64,000 nt of DNA from Desulfurococcales archaeon (GCA_027014955.1 JALWDA010000073.1:12926-76925); one strand, 5' to 3'. Positions 17,475-27,292 are shown, counted from the stretch's first letter. A program made the numbers and translations. The notes: generated by a model from the letters alone, not told the origin.

Positions 17475-18596
17475 ATGAGTGGAGTGGCCCGGCTTCTGAT
17501 TGTGCAGACTATCAACAACTTAGCTATCCTATTGATAATTGTTGCTATAATTTCGGTAATATTCGTAATATATAATCAACAAGCTCTTGAAGGAGCTGTT
17601 ATAGAGGCTGTTCAGAACTACGCCCGTATGATTGAGAGAAACCCTAATCTTACTGAAGAGGAAAAGAAAATGTTGATAGAGCAGTTCGAGCAGAACCTTC
17701 GCTACAAGTTTGGTCTCTTGGGAAACCCTGTCCAAAAAGTATACAATATGATGATAAGGCTCTTGACTCTCGACCTTGGGAATGCGCGGCAGATATACAT
17801 AGGGGCATCCTATGCAATAAAGGACCAAGTCCTACTTGCTCTTAGGAACACAGCAATATTATTCACCACAGCTACCATAATAACAACCTTCGTAGGCCTC
17901 TTCATAGGCCTATATGCTGCCAGAAGGCCCCAAGGGTTGCTGGACAGGGTTCTCTCTATATCCGCGGTGTTCTCCGCCAGCCTCCCCACCTGGTGGCTGG
18001 GGATGCTCATGTTGCTGATATTCGCCTTCAAGCTTGGATGGTTCCCCTTCCAGTCGAAAGACATATTCATAAAGCTATCTGAGCTCTCCGCAGCCTATCA
18101 GGTTGGAGAAATGGGGTATTTCACCTACCTGGTCTCTAGAATTTATACCTGGATTTACTACATGTTCCTACCGCTAGTAACCGTTGTCATAGTATCCGTC
18201 GGCGGATGGGCCTACGTGGTCAGGAACATTGTGATAAACAGGATGACAGAAGACTTCGTCATGGTCGCCCGGGCAAAGGGGGTTCCCGAGCGAAAGGTGC
18301 TCTTCGGCCACATACTCAGGGCATCTAGCCCTCCCCTGGTCACAATCATTGTGCTCGGCCTGGTAAACAGTTTGGGAGGAGCCATAATAACCGAGACCGT
18401 CTTCGGGTGGCCCGGAATGGGTCTGCTATACTGGGTTGCGCTTACCAACAGTGAAACACTTCTGCTCGGCACGGTCACCTACGTCACAGTCCTGCTATTC
18501 GTGATAGCAGTGGTGATTCTCAACTTCATATACGCGCTCCTTGACCCGAGAGTTAGAACCGGGCATGCTGGCGGCATAGGCCCAGTGGCAAGATAA
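17475..18596 (+). CDS. ABC transporter permease (DppB/OppB-like)
   Basis: 373 aa, polytopic, with the BPD_transp_1 EAA-like loop VMVARAKGVPERKVLFGHILRAS. Confidence 0.9.
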   Translation: MSGVARLLIVQTINNLAILLIIVAIISVIFVIYNQQALEGAVIEAVQNYARMIERNPNLTEEEKKMLIEQFEQNLRYKFGLLGNPVQKVYNMMIRLLTLDLGNARQIYIGASYAIKDQVLLALRNTAILFTTATIITTFVGLFIGLYAARRPQGLLDRVLSISAVFSASLPTWWLGMLMLLIFAFKLGWFPFQSKDIFIKLSELSAAYQVGEMGYFTYLVSRIYTWIYYMFLPLVTVVIVSVGGWAYVVRNIVINRMTEDFVMVARAKGVPERKVLFGHILRASSPPLVTIIVLGLVNSLGGAIITETVFGWPGMGLLYWVALTNSETLLLGTVTYVTVLLFVIAVVILNFIYALLDPRVRTGHAGGIGPVAR

Positions 18597-18610
18597 GAGG
18601 TGCATTAGAC

Positions 18611-20116
18611 ATGACCGGTCGCCCAAAGTCTTCTAGGAGGAGGTTTGAAGACCTTAGAAGAGGGCTGGCGAACCTCGCCCGGGAGTTCCGACGCTCCAAG
18701 ACAGGTATGACGGGGCTCACAATACTGGTAATATTGACTTTTATCGCGATCTTCTTCCCCATTGTAGGGAACCCCGAGGCCATAGACAATTGGACCAACC
18801 TGGAGTACTGGCAGGACAACCCGAAGAAGGCCCCACCCTGTTGGGCGGCCAGTGATGCTTTTAGAACGGTGGTCATAACCAGTAATAATACAAGCGCTAT
18901 AGGGGCGGAGTTGGTCGCAAGGGAATGGATGGCCCCTGATGGGAGAAAGGTTTCGTCCTTCTCGTTGCTTTTCAAGGTTGAGAAAAAGCCTCCCACCAAT
19001 ATTAACGTAGAATTCAGGGTATCCTACAAAAAGACGACCCGCGTACTCATACTGCTAGAGAGGCCAGATGGCCAGACTGTCTACCTTACTAAAGACCCCT
19101 TCGAGGGCAGAGGTACTTCTGTGAAGGATGTGTTCGGAGTTGCAACAACCAAGTTCAATGGAACTGTGTCAAAGCAGCTGTCTAGCTATGTTACTAAGCC
19201 TAAGAACGTGGAGAACTTCCTAAGACCTTGGCTAGAGTCGAACGGCTACAAGATAGGTACAGCCGAGACATCCGTGCTCACCAAAAGTGGGTTCGACATA
19301 TTGTTCGCAAAGCTGACGCCCAACTTGTTCAACCAGTTAGAGTACCTACCGGGCAGGTATAACCTGACCATCGCCTTCGTAAGCAAAGACCCAGAGTCGT
19401 CGTTCGAGGTCAAGAAGATAGTCCTCGTGGGAGGGTGCTTCGGCCTGGCCGGCTCCGACAAGTATGGTAGAGACCTTCTCCAGGGCCTCCTCTATGGCGT
19501 AAAGTGGGCCCTTATAATAGGTCTTCTAGCGAGTCTTGCGAGCACGCTCATAGGCGGCGTCTACGGTGTGGTGAGCGGATACGCTGGGGGTGTAGTGGAT
19601 GAAGTCATGCTCAGGATTGCACAGGTTATATACTCTATACCCGTACTGCCAATACTTATACTGCTATTCGCTATAATAAAGCCATCAATATGGATACTCA
19701 TTGGATTGCTTGTGGTATTCGGATGGCCAGGCATGGCTATTGTTACGAGGAGTATGGCACTTCAGCTAAAGGAAGAGACCTACGTGGAGGCAGCCAGAGC
19801 CATTGGAGCGGGACACTTCAGGCTGGTTTTCCTCTACATACTCCCCCAGATCCTTCCCTACATGTTCGCTAGCATAGCCCTAAGCGTGCCAGGGGCGGTG
19901 ATAGCTGAGGCCAGCCTCAGTTTCCTTGGGCTAGGCGACCCCACGATCCTCACCTGGGGCAAGATACTCAATGAGGCCCAAAACGCTGCCGCGACTATAA
20001 ACGGTTACTGGTGGTGGGTACTCCTACCGGGTATCATGATAACCCTTGTGGGGACCACCTTCATACTGATAGGTCAAGCCCTGGACACCATTCTCAACCC
20101 AAGGCTAAAGAGGTGA
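18611..20116 (+). CDS. ABC transporter permease (DppC/OppC-like) with a large extracytoplasmic insertion
   Basis: 501 aa. A first TM segment is followed by a hydrophilic segment of about 230 aa, then the canonical OppC core (GSDKYGRDLL, EAARAIGAGHFRLVFLYILP). Confidence 0.9.
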   Translation: MTGRPKSSRRRFEDLRRGLANLAREFRRSKTGMTGLTILVILTFIAIFFPIVGNPEAIDNWTNLEYWQDNPKKAPPCWAASDAFRTVVITSNNTSAIGAELVAREWMAPDGRKVSSFSLLFKVEKKPPTNINVEFRVSYKKTTRVLILLERPDGQTVYLTKDPFEGRGTSVKDVFGVATTKFNGTVSKQLSSYVTKPKNVENFLRPWLESNGYKIGTAETSVLTKSGFDILFAKLTPNLFNQLEYLPGRYNLTIAFVSKDPESSFEVKKIVLVGGCFGLAGSDKYGRDLLQGLLYGVKWALIIGLLASLASTLIGGVYGVVSGYAGGVVDEVMLRIAQVIYSIPVLPILILLFAIIKPSIWILIGLLVVFGWPGMAIVTRSMALQLKEETYVEAARAIGAGHFRLVFLYILPQILPYMFASIALSVPGAVIAEASLSFLGLGDPTILTWGKILNEAQNAAATINGYWWWVLLPGIMITLVGTTFILIGQALDTILNPRLKR

Positions 20117-20126
20117 ATACAGGGAA

Positions 20127-21104
20127 ATGCCGGTGCTCAAGGTAGAGAACCTCAGCACCAATTTCTACACTTTTCGAGGAGTCGTGAAGGCCGTGGAAAA
20201 CGTTAGCTTGGAGCTGGAGAAGGAAGAGATACTTGGGATAGCTGGTGAGAGTGGTAGTGGGAAAAGCACGCTGGCCTGGAGCATAATGGGCATGGTACCT
20301 CCACCAGGAAGGATAGTCTCGGGGAGGGTCGTAATAGACGGGGTTGAGGTAACGCGTCTAAGTGATGCTGAGCTTAGGAGAAAGGTTCTCTGGAAAAAGG
20401 TGAGCATGGTATTCCAGGGGGCCATCAATGCGCTGAACCCAGTCTACACAATAGGCTATCAGCTGGCAGAGCCCTTCATATACCATGCGGGCCTAAGCAA
20501 AAAAGAGGCACTTGAAAAGGCCAAGAGCCTGCTTCCCATGGTGGGGCTCAGTGAGGAGATAGCCAAACGCTATCCCCACGAGCTTAGCGGTGGTATGAAA
20601 CAGAGGGTTGTAATAGCGATGGCCCTCGCACTGGAGCCCACTGTGGTCATAGCAGACGAGCCTACAACCGCCCTCGACGTCGTTGTCCAGGCCCAGATAC
20701 TCAACCTCCTGAAAAAACTAAAACGAGAAAAGAAGCTGAGCTTCATACTAATAACCCACGACCTGAGCGTTATCGCCGAGATGTCTGATAAGATTGCCAT
20801 AATGTATGGAGGCCAGATAGTTGAGTACGGGACAAGTGAGCAGATATTCAACGACCCCCTACACCCCTACACAAGAGCCCTCCTCAGAAGCATACCAAGA
20901 CTCAGGGGACCTATAGACAAGCTCCAGTATATCCCAGGCGAGCCCCCAGACCTCATATCCCCACCACGGGGATGCAGGTTCCATCCAAGATGTAGTGATG
21001 TCATGGACGTTTGCAGAGACAGGGAACCCGTGCTAGTGGACACTGGGGATAAGCACCTCGTTAGATGCTGGCTCTATGACGAATCGTGGAAGAGGCGGGG
21101 GTGA
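20127..21104 (+). CDS. ABC transporter ATP-binding protein (DppD/OppD-like)
   Basis: Walker A GESGSGKST, signature LSGGMKQR, Walker B VVIADEPTTALD and the oligopeptide C-terminal domain (HPYTRALL, CRFHPRC). Confidence 0.95.
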   Translation: MPVLKVENLSTNFYTFRGVVKAVENVSLELEKEEILGIAGESGSGKSTLAWSIMGMVPPPGRIVSGRVVIDGVEVTRLSDAELRRKVLWKKVSMVFQGAINALNPVYTIGYQLAEPFIYHAGLSKKEALEKAKSLLPMVGLSEEIAKRYPHELSGGMKQRVVIAMALALEPTVVIADEPTTALDVVVQAQILNLLKKLKREKKLSFILITHDLSVIAEMSDKIAIMYGGQIVEYGTSEQIFNDPLHPYTRALLRSIPRLRGPIDKLQYIPGEPPDLISPPRGCRFHPRCSDVMDVCRDREPVLVDTGDKHLVRCWLYDESWKRRG

Positions 21105-22204
21105 GGGGGTTGTCAGGAGGAAATGGCTATATTCTGGAAGTTGAGGGTCTTAGGGTCTGGTTCCCTATAAGACGGCGTCTAAGCGAGCTGATAACACGGA
21201 AGCCCCCCCGATACGTCCGGGCTGTCGACGGCGTCTCCTTCAACGTGAGGAGGAACGAGACTTTCTGTCTGGTGGGTGAAAGCGGGTGTGGGAAAACTAC
21301 AACGGGGAAAGCACTACTCCGCCTCGTCCCAGTAAGCGGAGGGTCTGCCTATTTCCAAGCAAGGGAAGAGATATTAGAAGAGCTGAGCAGGCGAGGTGTA
21401 GATGTTGGTAATGATGGTAGAGTTAATATATTCGGCATCCCCCCAAGCAAGATGAAGCCCTTGAGAAGAGAAATCCAAATGATTTACCAGGACCCATTTG
21501 GTAGTCTGAACCCACGTTATAGGATTGGCGCCATACTAGAAGAGCCGCTCAAGATACACAACCTCCACCTCACCAGAGAAGAGACGGAGGAGTTGATACA
21601 CAGGGTGTTAGAGGAGGTCAGGCTGACCCCTCCAGAGGACTTCGTGGACAGGCATCCACACCAGCTAAGCGGTGGGCAAAGGCAGAGGGTGGCCATAGCT
21701 AGGGCACTCATCCTGAAACCAAGCCTAATAATAGCGGACGAGCCCGTGTCCATGCTTGACGTGTCTATCAGGGCGGAAATACTTGAACTCATGGGCATGC
21801 TTAAGGAGAGAGAAGGGATTACATATATTTTCATAACACATGACCTGGCAGTTGCACGATACATCTGCGACCGCATAGCTGTCATGTATCTGGGAAGAAT
21901 AGTCGAACTGGGTAACGCCAGGAATGTGATTGAAGACCCCAAGCACCCCTACACCAAGGCACTAGTGGCCGCAATACCCGAGCCCGACCCCAGGAACAGG
22001 CTCAGGATAAGAAGCGTCCCCATAAAAGGAGAGATACCAAACGCAGCAAACATACCGCCGGGATGCAGGTTCCACCCCCGCTGCGTGGCCTATGACGAGA
22101 ACAGGGACAGGTTGGGTGAGAGATGCAAGGTAGAGGAGCCGCCCCACTTTACTGTAGAGAAAGACAGGATGGTGTCATGCTGGCTCTACGAGCATTCCAG
22201 CTAG
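21086..22204 (+). CDS. ABC transporter ATP-binding protein (DppF/OppF-like)
   Basis: Walker A GESGCGKTT, signature LSGGQRQR, Walker B LIIADEPVSMLD and C-terminal HPYTKALV / CRFHPRC. It overlaps the upstream gene by 19 nt. Confidence 0.95.
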   Translation: MEEAGVRGLSGGNGYILEVEGLRVWFPIRRRLSELITRKPPRYVRAVDGVSFNVRRNETFCLVGESGCGKTTTGKALLRLVPVSGGSAYFQAREEILEELSRRGVDVGNDGRVNIFGIPPSKMKPLRREIQMIYQDPFGSLNPRYRIGAILEEPLKIHNLHLTREETEELIHRVLEEVRLTPPEDFVDRHPHQLSGGQRQRVAIARALILKPSLIIADEPVSMLDVSIRAEILELMGMLKEREGITYIFITHDLAVARYICDRIAVMYLGRIVELGNARNVIEDPKHPYTKALVAAIPEPDPRNRLRIRSVPIKGEIPNAANIPPGCRFHPRCVAYDENRDRLGERCKVEEPPHFTVEKDRMVSCWLYEHSS

Positions 22205-22215
22205 CTGGATAGACA

Positions 22216-22848
22216 TTACTGTAATACTATCCTGCCTTTCCTAAGTAGGCTAGTCAAGATTTTACCATATCGCGCGAAACCCTCGTGTATCGGAACTAGT
22301 TCTTCCCCCCTAAGATCGAACAGAACCATATAACTCTCCGATCCCACAATCAGCGGCTTCTCACCCCGCGGAAACAGTATTCTTTCATAAAGGTCGATGA
22401 GCATCCTATCGAATCTGACCTTGTATGACGCAGGTTTGGGGGGTTTTTGCCCAAAGCTTCCGAAGAGGAACCGCCTAAACTCGCTTTCAACATACTTTCT
22501 ATAAAAAGGACGAGGGTCCTCCTCATCGCTTACTACAAGTTCTTTTGTTCTTTCACCAAGTTTTATCGCCTTGTAAGACTTGTACAGATCGTTGAGCATC
22601 TCATCCACGTTCCTATAGTAACTCGGAAGCCGTCTGTGGGACTGGGCAGTTGAATCGGGAGGCTTAAGGACCTTCGATACTAGGAGTATCCTATCGCTAG
22701 GCTCCAGCTGTCCTATGAAGTAGTTCTCTATAGTGGCACTCCATTCCCTATCTCTACTTCTTAGCCGCACGTTCAGAAAAGGGACTAGTATTGGGTTCGT
22801 TGGTCGCGCATCTCTTTTTCTCCCAAGTTTAAAAAACATACCCTCCAC
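22216..22848 (-). CDS. Hypothetical protein
   Basis: 210-aa ORF that fills the gap exactly, with plausible composition and no motif I recognise. Confidence 0.45.
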   Translation of the reverse strand: MEGMFFKLGRKRDARPTNPILVPFLNVRLRSRDREWSATIENYFIGQLEPSDRILLVSKVLKPPDSTAQSHRRLPSYYRNVDEMLNDLYKSYKAIKLGERTKELVVSDEEDPRPFYRKYVESEFRRFLFGSFGQKPPKPASYKVRFDRMLIDLYERILFPRGEKPLIVGSESYMVLFDLRGEELVPIHEGFARYGKILTSLLRKGRIVLQ

Positions 22849-22922
22849 CTCGCTTATAGGAGGTAAGTAAGTTTATTTAATAAAACATTCCGGGTATTCG
22901 ATACTAATGCAGTGGAGTCTAA

Positions 22923-23936
22923 TTGTCGCAGTATAGGGTCCTAAGGCTATGTTGGTGGTGTGCCTTGCAGGCTTTTACAAGCTTGACTGGGGGGTTCCCA
23001 AGGACGAGAAGCTATGCCGACGCTGTAAGGAGGAGGGAAAAGGGTAAGCTCGGCGTTGACGAGTTTTGGGACACGGTTGTTAGGGAAACCAAGCGGAGCT
23101 TGGCGAGGACGGCTCGTTATCTTGACTATCTTACGGATGGCATGTACCTGTGCGACGACATCTTCAATCCCTTCATAAAGGACATAGAAGGGGTTAAAAG
23201 AGGCTGGCTTGTAAGGTTTTATGATAACAACTTTTTCGTGAGAAACCCCATAGTTAGGGGAAAGATAAGACTCAGACCAAGTCCATCCACTGTTGATGAG
23301 AGGATAAGGCTTATCAAAGTGCTTTCCAAAGACAATGCCTTCAAGGGAAAAAGCTTCAGGTTGCCCGTACCGGGTCCACTTACATTCACTGACTTCTCTG
23401 TTGTAGAAACCATTGATTACAGTGATAATGCACAGCTCGCAGCCGACTATGTAAAGAACGTCCTCAACCCTCTGATAGATTACGTGAGAGGAAAAGGACT
23501 GGTCATAGAAATTCATGAGCCAAGCTTGAGCACTACTTTAACAGGCAATGTAGACTGGCAGGAAGTCTACAGCAACCTAGTGGGCGACAAGGAGAGCGTT
23601 CACATTATCCAATATTTCAACCAGCCCCCCTTAGATGCCCTAAGGACCCTCTCAAGCAGGTTCACAATAGGTGTAGACCTGGTAGAGAACCCGGGCCTGC
23701 TGGACAACCTTGACGAATGGCTAGGTGAGAAGCCCGTTATCCAAGCAGGTGTGGTTGATGCCCGGAACACGAGGCTAGAAGACCCGGGGGAAACGGCCCG
23801 CCGTCTCAAGCGCCTCTCGGACAAGGTGGATGTGATTATTATTTCAAGCAATACTACGCTTGAGTTTCTCCCCGAAACCGTGGCCCACAGGAAGACGCGC
23901 TTGCTAGCTAGGATAAAAAACAAACTCGTTAGGTGA
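22923..23936 (+). CDS. MetE N-terminal-domain-like protein (non-catalytic half of a split cobalamin-independent methionine synthase)
   Basis: The GGFPRTRS...DEFW start resembles the MetE (beta/alpha)8 N-terminal GFPR motif. There are no His/Cys zinc ligands. It lies immediately upstream of the catalytic-domain gene. The start is uncertain, with several in-frame TTG codons at 22923-22980. Confidence 0.6.
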   Translation: MSQYRVLRLCWWCALQAFTSLTGGFPRTRSYADAVRRREKGKLGVDEFWDTVVRETKRSLARTARYLDYLTDGMYLCDDIFNPFIKDIEGVKRGWLVRFYDNNFFVRNPIVRGKIRLRPSPSTVDERIRLIKVLSKDNAFKGKSFRLPVPGPLTFTDFSVVETIDYSDNAQLAADYVKNVLNPLIDYVRGKGLVIEIHEPSLSTTLTGNVDWQEVYSNLVGDKESVHIIQYFNQPPLDALRTLSSRFTIGVDLVENPGLLDNLDEWLGEKPVIQAGVVDARNTRLEDPGETARRLKRLSDKVDVIIISSNTTLEFLPETVAHRKTRLLARIKNKLVR

Positions 23937-23942
23937 TAAGAA

Positions 23943-24962
23943 ATGGTAGATTATGTACTCCCCTCGCTCCCCACAAGCGTTATCGGAAGCTATCCTCGGC
24001 CAACATGGCTCCGTAGAATGATAAAATACTACAGAATGGGGAGGATAACAGAGGATGCAGTGCAGGAGGCCTACGATGACGCAGTTACAACCATTGTCAG
24101 GGAACAGGAGCTCGCAGGAGTCGACATACCTGCAGATGGCGAACAGCGTAGGGATGAGATGGTAGAGTACTTCGCCCACCAGATAAAGGGCTTCAAGTTC
24201 TACGGACCCGTCAGAGTTTGGGGTAACAACTACTTCAATAAGCCAGCTGTAGTCGCTAAACTAGAATATCCTGGGCCAATGACCGTGGAAGAATACCTTT
24301 TCCTCCGACAAGTCAGTACCAGGCCCATAGTTAAGGTAACCATAACGGGCCCCTATACGATAGCGGACTGGAGCTTCAACGAGTACTATCCATCCAAGGA
24401 GGACCTTGTAAAAGAGCTCTCTAATATAATAAACCAGGAACTCCACGCGTTAGTGGACCATGGTGCACAGTTCATACAGATAGACGAACCAGCATTGACA
24501 ACACACCCCGATGAGGTAGAATGGGCGGTGGACCTCATAAACAGGACTGCCAAGGGCATCGATGCTAAAATAGGTCTGCACGTTTGTTACAGTAACTATG
24601 ACCTCCTCTTCCCCTACATTGACGAGTTCTCGGAGATAAGCCAGTTTGCACTAGAATTCGCCAATAGGGGGTTTAGTGACCTTCATAAGCTCAAGGGGTT
24701 CTCAAAAGAACTTGGCTTCGGAGTGATAGATGTGCATAACAGGCGCGTGGAGTCTCCCGAAGAGGTTGCCCGCGCCATTAGGAAGGCCATGAAGTACATT
24801 GAGCCGGAGATGCTTTACATAAACCCTGACTGCGGGCTCAAGCTGCAGCCCAGGAGCGTTGCCAGGAGGAAGCTGGAGAATATGGTTCGTGGAGTCCTGA
24901 TGGTCAGAGAGGAGCTCGTGAAACGTGGGATAAGGAGTATTCCCTTCAGAAAGAGGGTTTGA
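23943..24962 (+). CDS. metE: Cobalamin-independent methionine synthase, catalytic (MetE C-terminal) domain protein
   Basis: PTSVIGSYPRP start, DGEQRR and IQIDEPAL motifs, and zinc ligands in LHVCYSNY (His-x-Cys) and NPDCGLK. Confidence 0.85.
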   Translation: MVDYVLPSLPTSVIGSYPRPTWLRRMIKYYRMGRITEDAVQEAYDDAVTTIVREQELAGVDIPADGEQRRDEMVEYFAHQIKGFKFYGPVRVWGNNYFNKPAVVAKLEYPGPMTVEEYLFLRQVSTRPIVKVTITGPYTIADWSFNEYYPSKEDLVKELSNIINQELHALVDHGAQFIQIDEPALTTHPDEVEWAVDLINRTAKGIDAKIGLHVCYSNYDLLFPYIDEFSEISQFALEFANRGFSDLHKLKGFSKELGFGVIDVHNRRVESPEEVARAIRKAMKYIEPEMLYINPDCGLKLQPRSVARRKLENMVRGVLMVREELVKRGIRSIPFRKRV

Positions 24963-25080
24963 AACTCGACTAATATCTAAAAATAATAATTTTTCTTTAG
25001 ACTATTGCTAAACAATTTATAACGTGTAAAGTACACTACTTTAAACAAGCGGTAGGACTAAACTGTGGAAGTGAAACCAC

Positions 25081-26145
25081 ATGAACGTGAACCCAGAGTC
25101 CAGGGCAGGCATAGTCGGGTGGGGGGCCTACGTTCCCAAGTATAGGCTCAGGATGGAGGAAATTGTGAGACTATGGGGCTTCCCAGAGGGAACGCCAAAG
25201 GGCCTAAATGTTATAGAGAAAAGTGTTGACAACCTGGACGAAGACGCGCTCACTATGGGATATGAGGCCGCTAAAAACGCTATAAAAAGAGCTGGCATAG
25301 ACCCGAAGGAGATACAGGCGGTCTTCTTCGGTACGGAGTCCAAGCCCTACGCTGTGAAGCCCAGCGCAACCGTGATAGCGCAAGCTCTGGGAATAACCCC
25401 TGATACCATGGCAAGCGACCTTGAGTTCGCTTGCAGGGCTGGCAGCGAGGGCATAAAGTCAGGCATAGGCCTAGTTGTCTCGGGGATGGTAAACTACGCT
25501 CTGGCAATAGGCAGCGATACCGCCCAGGCGAACCCTGGTGACGTCCTAGAGTTCACTGCTAGTAGCGGGGCAGTTGCATATATAATAGGGCCAAGCGAGG
25601 CCTCTACAGCCGTTTTCGAGGCCTCGTACACCTATGTCACAGACACCCCTGACTTCTGGCGAAGAGCCAACAGCCCCTATCCCCTGCACGGAGAGGGCTT
25701 TACCGGAGAACCCGCGTACTTCGCCCACATTATAGGTGCTGTCAAGGGGCTTCTAGATAAAACCGGTCTCACCATCAACGACTTTGACTACGCTGTATTC
25801 CATCAGCCCAATGGCAGGTTCCCCATAAAAGTGGGAGAGAAACTTGGCTTCCCCCGAGAGAAAATACTCCCCGGCCTCGTGACTCCCTATATTGGCAACA
25901 CTTACAACGCTAGTGCCCTACTTGGGCTGGCAAAGCTGCTGGATACCGTGGAACCAGGTGTCAGGATACTAGTCGCACCCTTTGGAAGCGGAGCGGGCTC
26001 CGACGCCTATAGTATACTCGTAACCGACAAGGTGGAAGAGGTTAGGGAGAGGGCCCCACCCCTCAGCTATTATATTGATAACAAGGAGTACGTTGACTAC
26101 GCGATCTATGCAAAGAACCGCAGGATAATAATGAAGATAAGGTGA
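25081..26145 (+). CDS. Hydroxymethylglutaryl-CoA synthase (archaeal type)
   Basis: GTESKPYAVKP, catalytic Cys in LEFACRAGS, FHQPNG and GNTYNAS motifs. It is the first gene of the HMGCS-thiolase-DUF35 operon. Confidence 0.9.
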   Translation: MNVNPESRAGIVGWGAYVPKYRLRMEEIVRLWGFPEGTPKGLNVIEKSVDNLDEDALTMGYEAAKNAIKRAGIDPKEIQAVFFGTESKPYAVKPSATVIAQALGITPDTMASDLEFACRAGSEGIKSGIGLVVSGMVNYALAIGSDTAQANPGDVLEFTASSGAVAYIIGPSEASTAVFEASYTYVTDTPDFWRRANSPYPLHGEGFTGEPAYFAHIIGAVKGLLDKTGLTINDFDYAVFHQPNGRFPIKVGEKLGFPREKILPGLVTPYIGNTYNASALLGLAKLLDTVEPGVRILVAPFGSGAGSDAYSILVTDKVEEVRERAPPLSYYIDNKEYVDYAIYAKNRRIIMKIR

Positions 26146-26149
26146 AGAG

Positions 26150-27292
26150 GTGGACACCGTGGTGTACATACGGGCCATAGGACTCTCCAAGGTAGAACGC
26201 GCCTACGGAAAAGGTCTCCAGGAGAAGTTCTACGAAGCAGTCGTTCCCATAATGGAGACTACAGGTCTCAGCGAGGTGGACACGGTAATTGTGTCCAACA
26301 GCTTCGCCTCACTGTTGCAGTCCCAGAACCTACTCGCATCCCTGCTAGTTGAGGACCTGTCCCTCCTCAACGTCACAACCCTAACTGTTGAAAACGGTGG
26401 TGCAGGGGGTCTAACGGCCCTTCACCTTGCCAGGTCGCTGATAAAATCAGGCGAGTCCCGCAACGTTCTTGTCGTGGGTGTTGAGAAGACTACCGACTAT
26501 AACAGCGAATACTACAACGCAGCACTATCCCAGCTGACAAACGCGGAGTTCGAGGCAATCTACGGAGCCAACATTATAAGCCAGTTCGCAATAATCGCGA
26601 GAGCCTACCTAGAGAGGCATAGTGTAAGCGAGGAGCTATTCGCAGAATGGCCAGTGTTTATGCACGAGAACTCTCTCAACGCAAAACACTCCCAGCTTCG
26701 TTTTAAGATAACAGTGGACAAGGTGCTGGCGTCGGACTATGTCTCCTCCCCCCTGAGAGTCTTGCATAGCCCTCCCTTCGGAGACGGTGCGGCCGCCTTG
26801 CTTTTGTCTGGAGAGCGGGGCGAGGATTCACTCGCGCGTATCGAGATGACCGCAGTCCTCAACGATACCATGGAGCTATCGCTAAGGGGAGACCTGGCCA
26901 CACTACCCTCAGTCAAGAGGCTTGTCGAGAGGCTGCAGAAGAAAACCTTCCCCCCCAACCAGGCAGACTACATAGATGTACTAGACAAGTACAGCATAGC
27001 AGGGCCCCTCATGCTGGAAACCATGGGAATAGCGGACCCTGGACGCATCCTCTACGAGATAAAAGAGGGCAAGTTCAGGCCAGGCGACAAACCAGTGATA
27101 AACCACACTGGTGGCGCCAAGGCACGTGGGCACCCAGTGGGAGCCACGGGCGTCTACCAGGTCGCTGAAGCTGTGGCGGCGATGCACGGACTCCAGGGGG
27201 TAAGAGGCCTGGACTATGTGGAAAAAGCCTGGATTTTAGGCATAGGGGGCCCCGGCACGGTTGCCGCTGGGGCCATTGTAAAACGTGTCTAG
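26150..27292 (+). CDS. Thiolase-family protein (acetyl-CoA acetyltransferase homologue) lacking any cysteine
   Basis: Thiolase motifs are retained: VVGVEKTTD, HENSLNAKH, FGDGAAALLL, NHTGGAKARGHPVGATG and GIGGPG. The nucleophile position reads TVENGGAGGLTAL, and the 380-aa translation contains no Cys. Confidence 0.85.
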   Translation: MDTVVYIRAIGLSKVERAYGKGLQEKFYEAVVPIMETTGLSEVDTVIVSNSFASLLQSQNLLASLLVEDLSLLNVTTLTVENGGAGGLTALHLARSLIKSGESRNVLVVGVEKTTDYNSEYYNAALSQLTNAEFEAIYGANIISQFAIIARAYLERHSVSEELFAEWPVFMHENSLNAKHSQLRFKITVDKVLASDYVSSPLRVLHSPPFGDGAAALLLSGERGEDSLARIEMTAVLNDTMELSLRGDLATLPSVKRLVERLQKKTFPPNQADYIDVLDKYSIAGPLMLETMGIADPGRILYEIKEGKFRPGDKPVINHTGGAKARGHPVGATGVYQVAEAVAAMHGLQGVRGLDYVEKAWILGIGGPGTVAAGAIVKRV

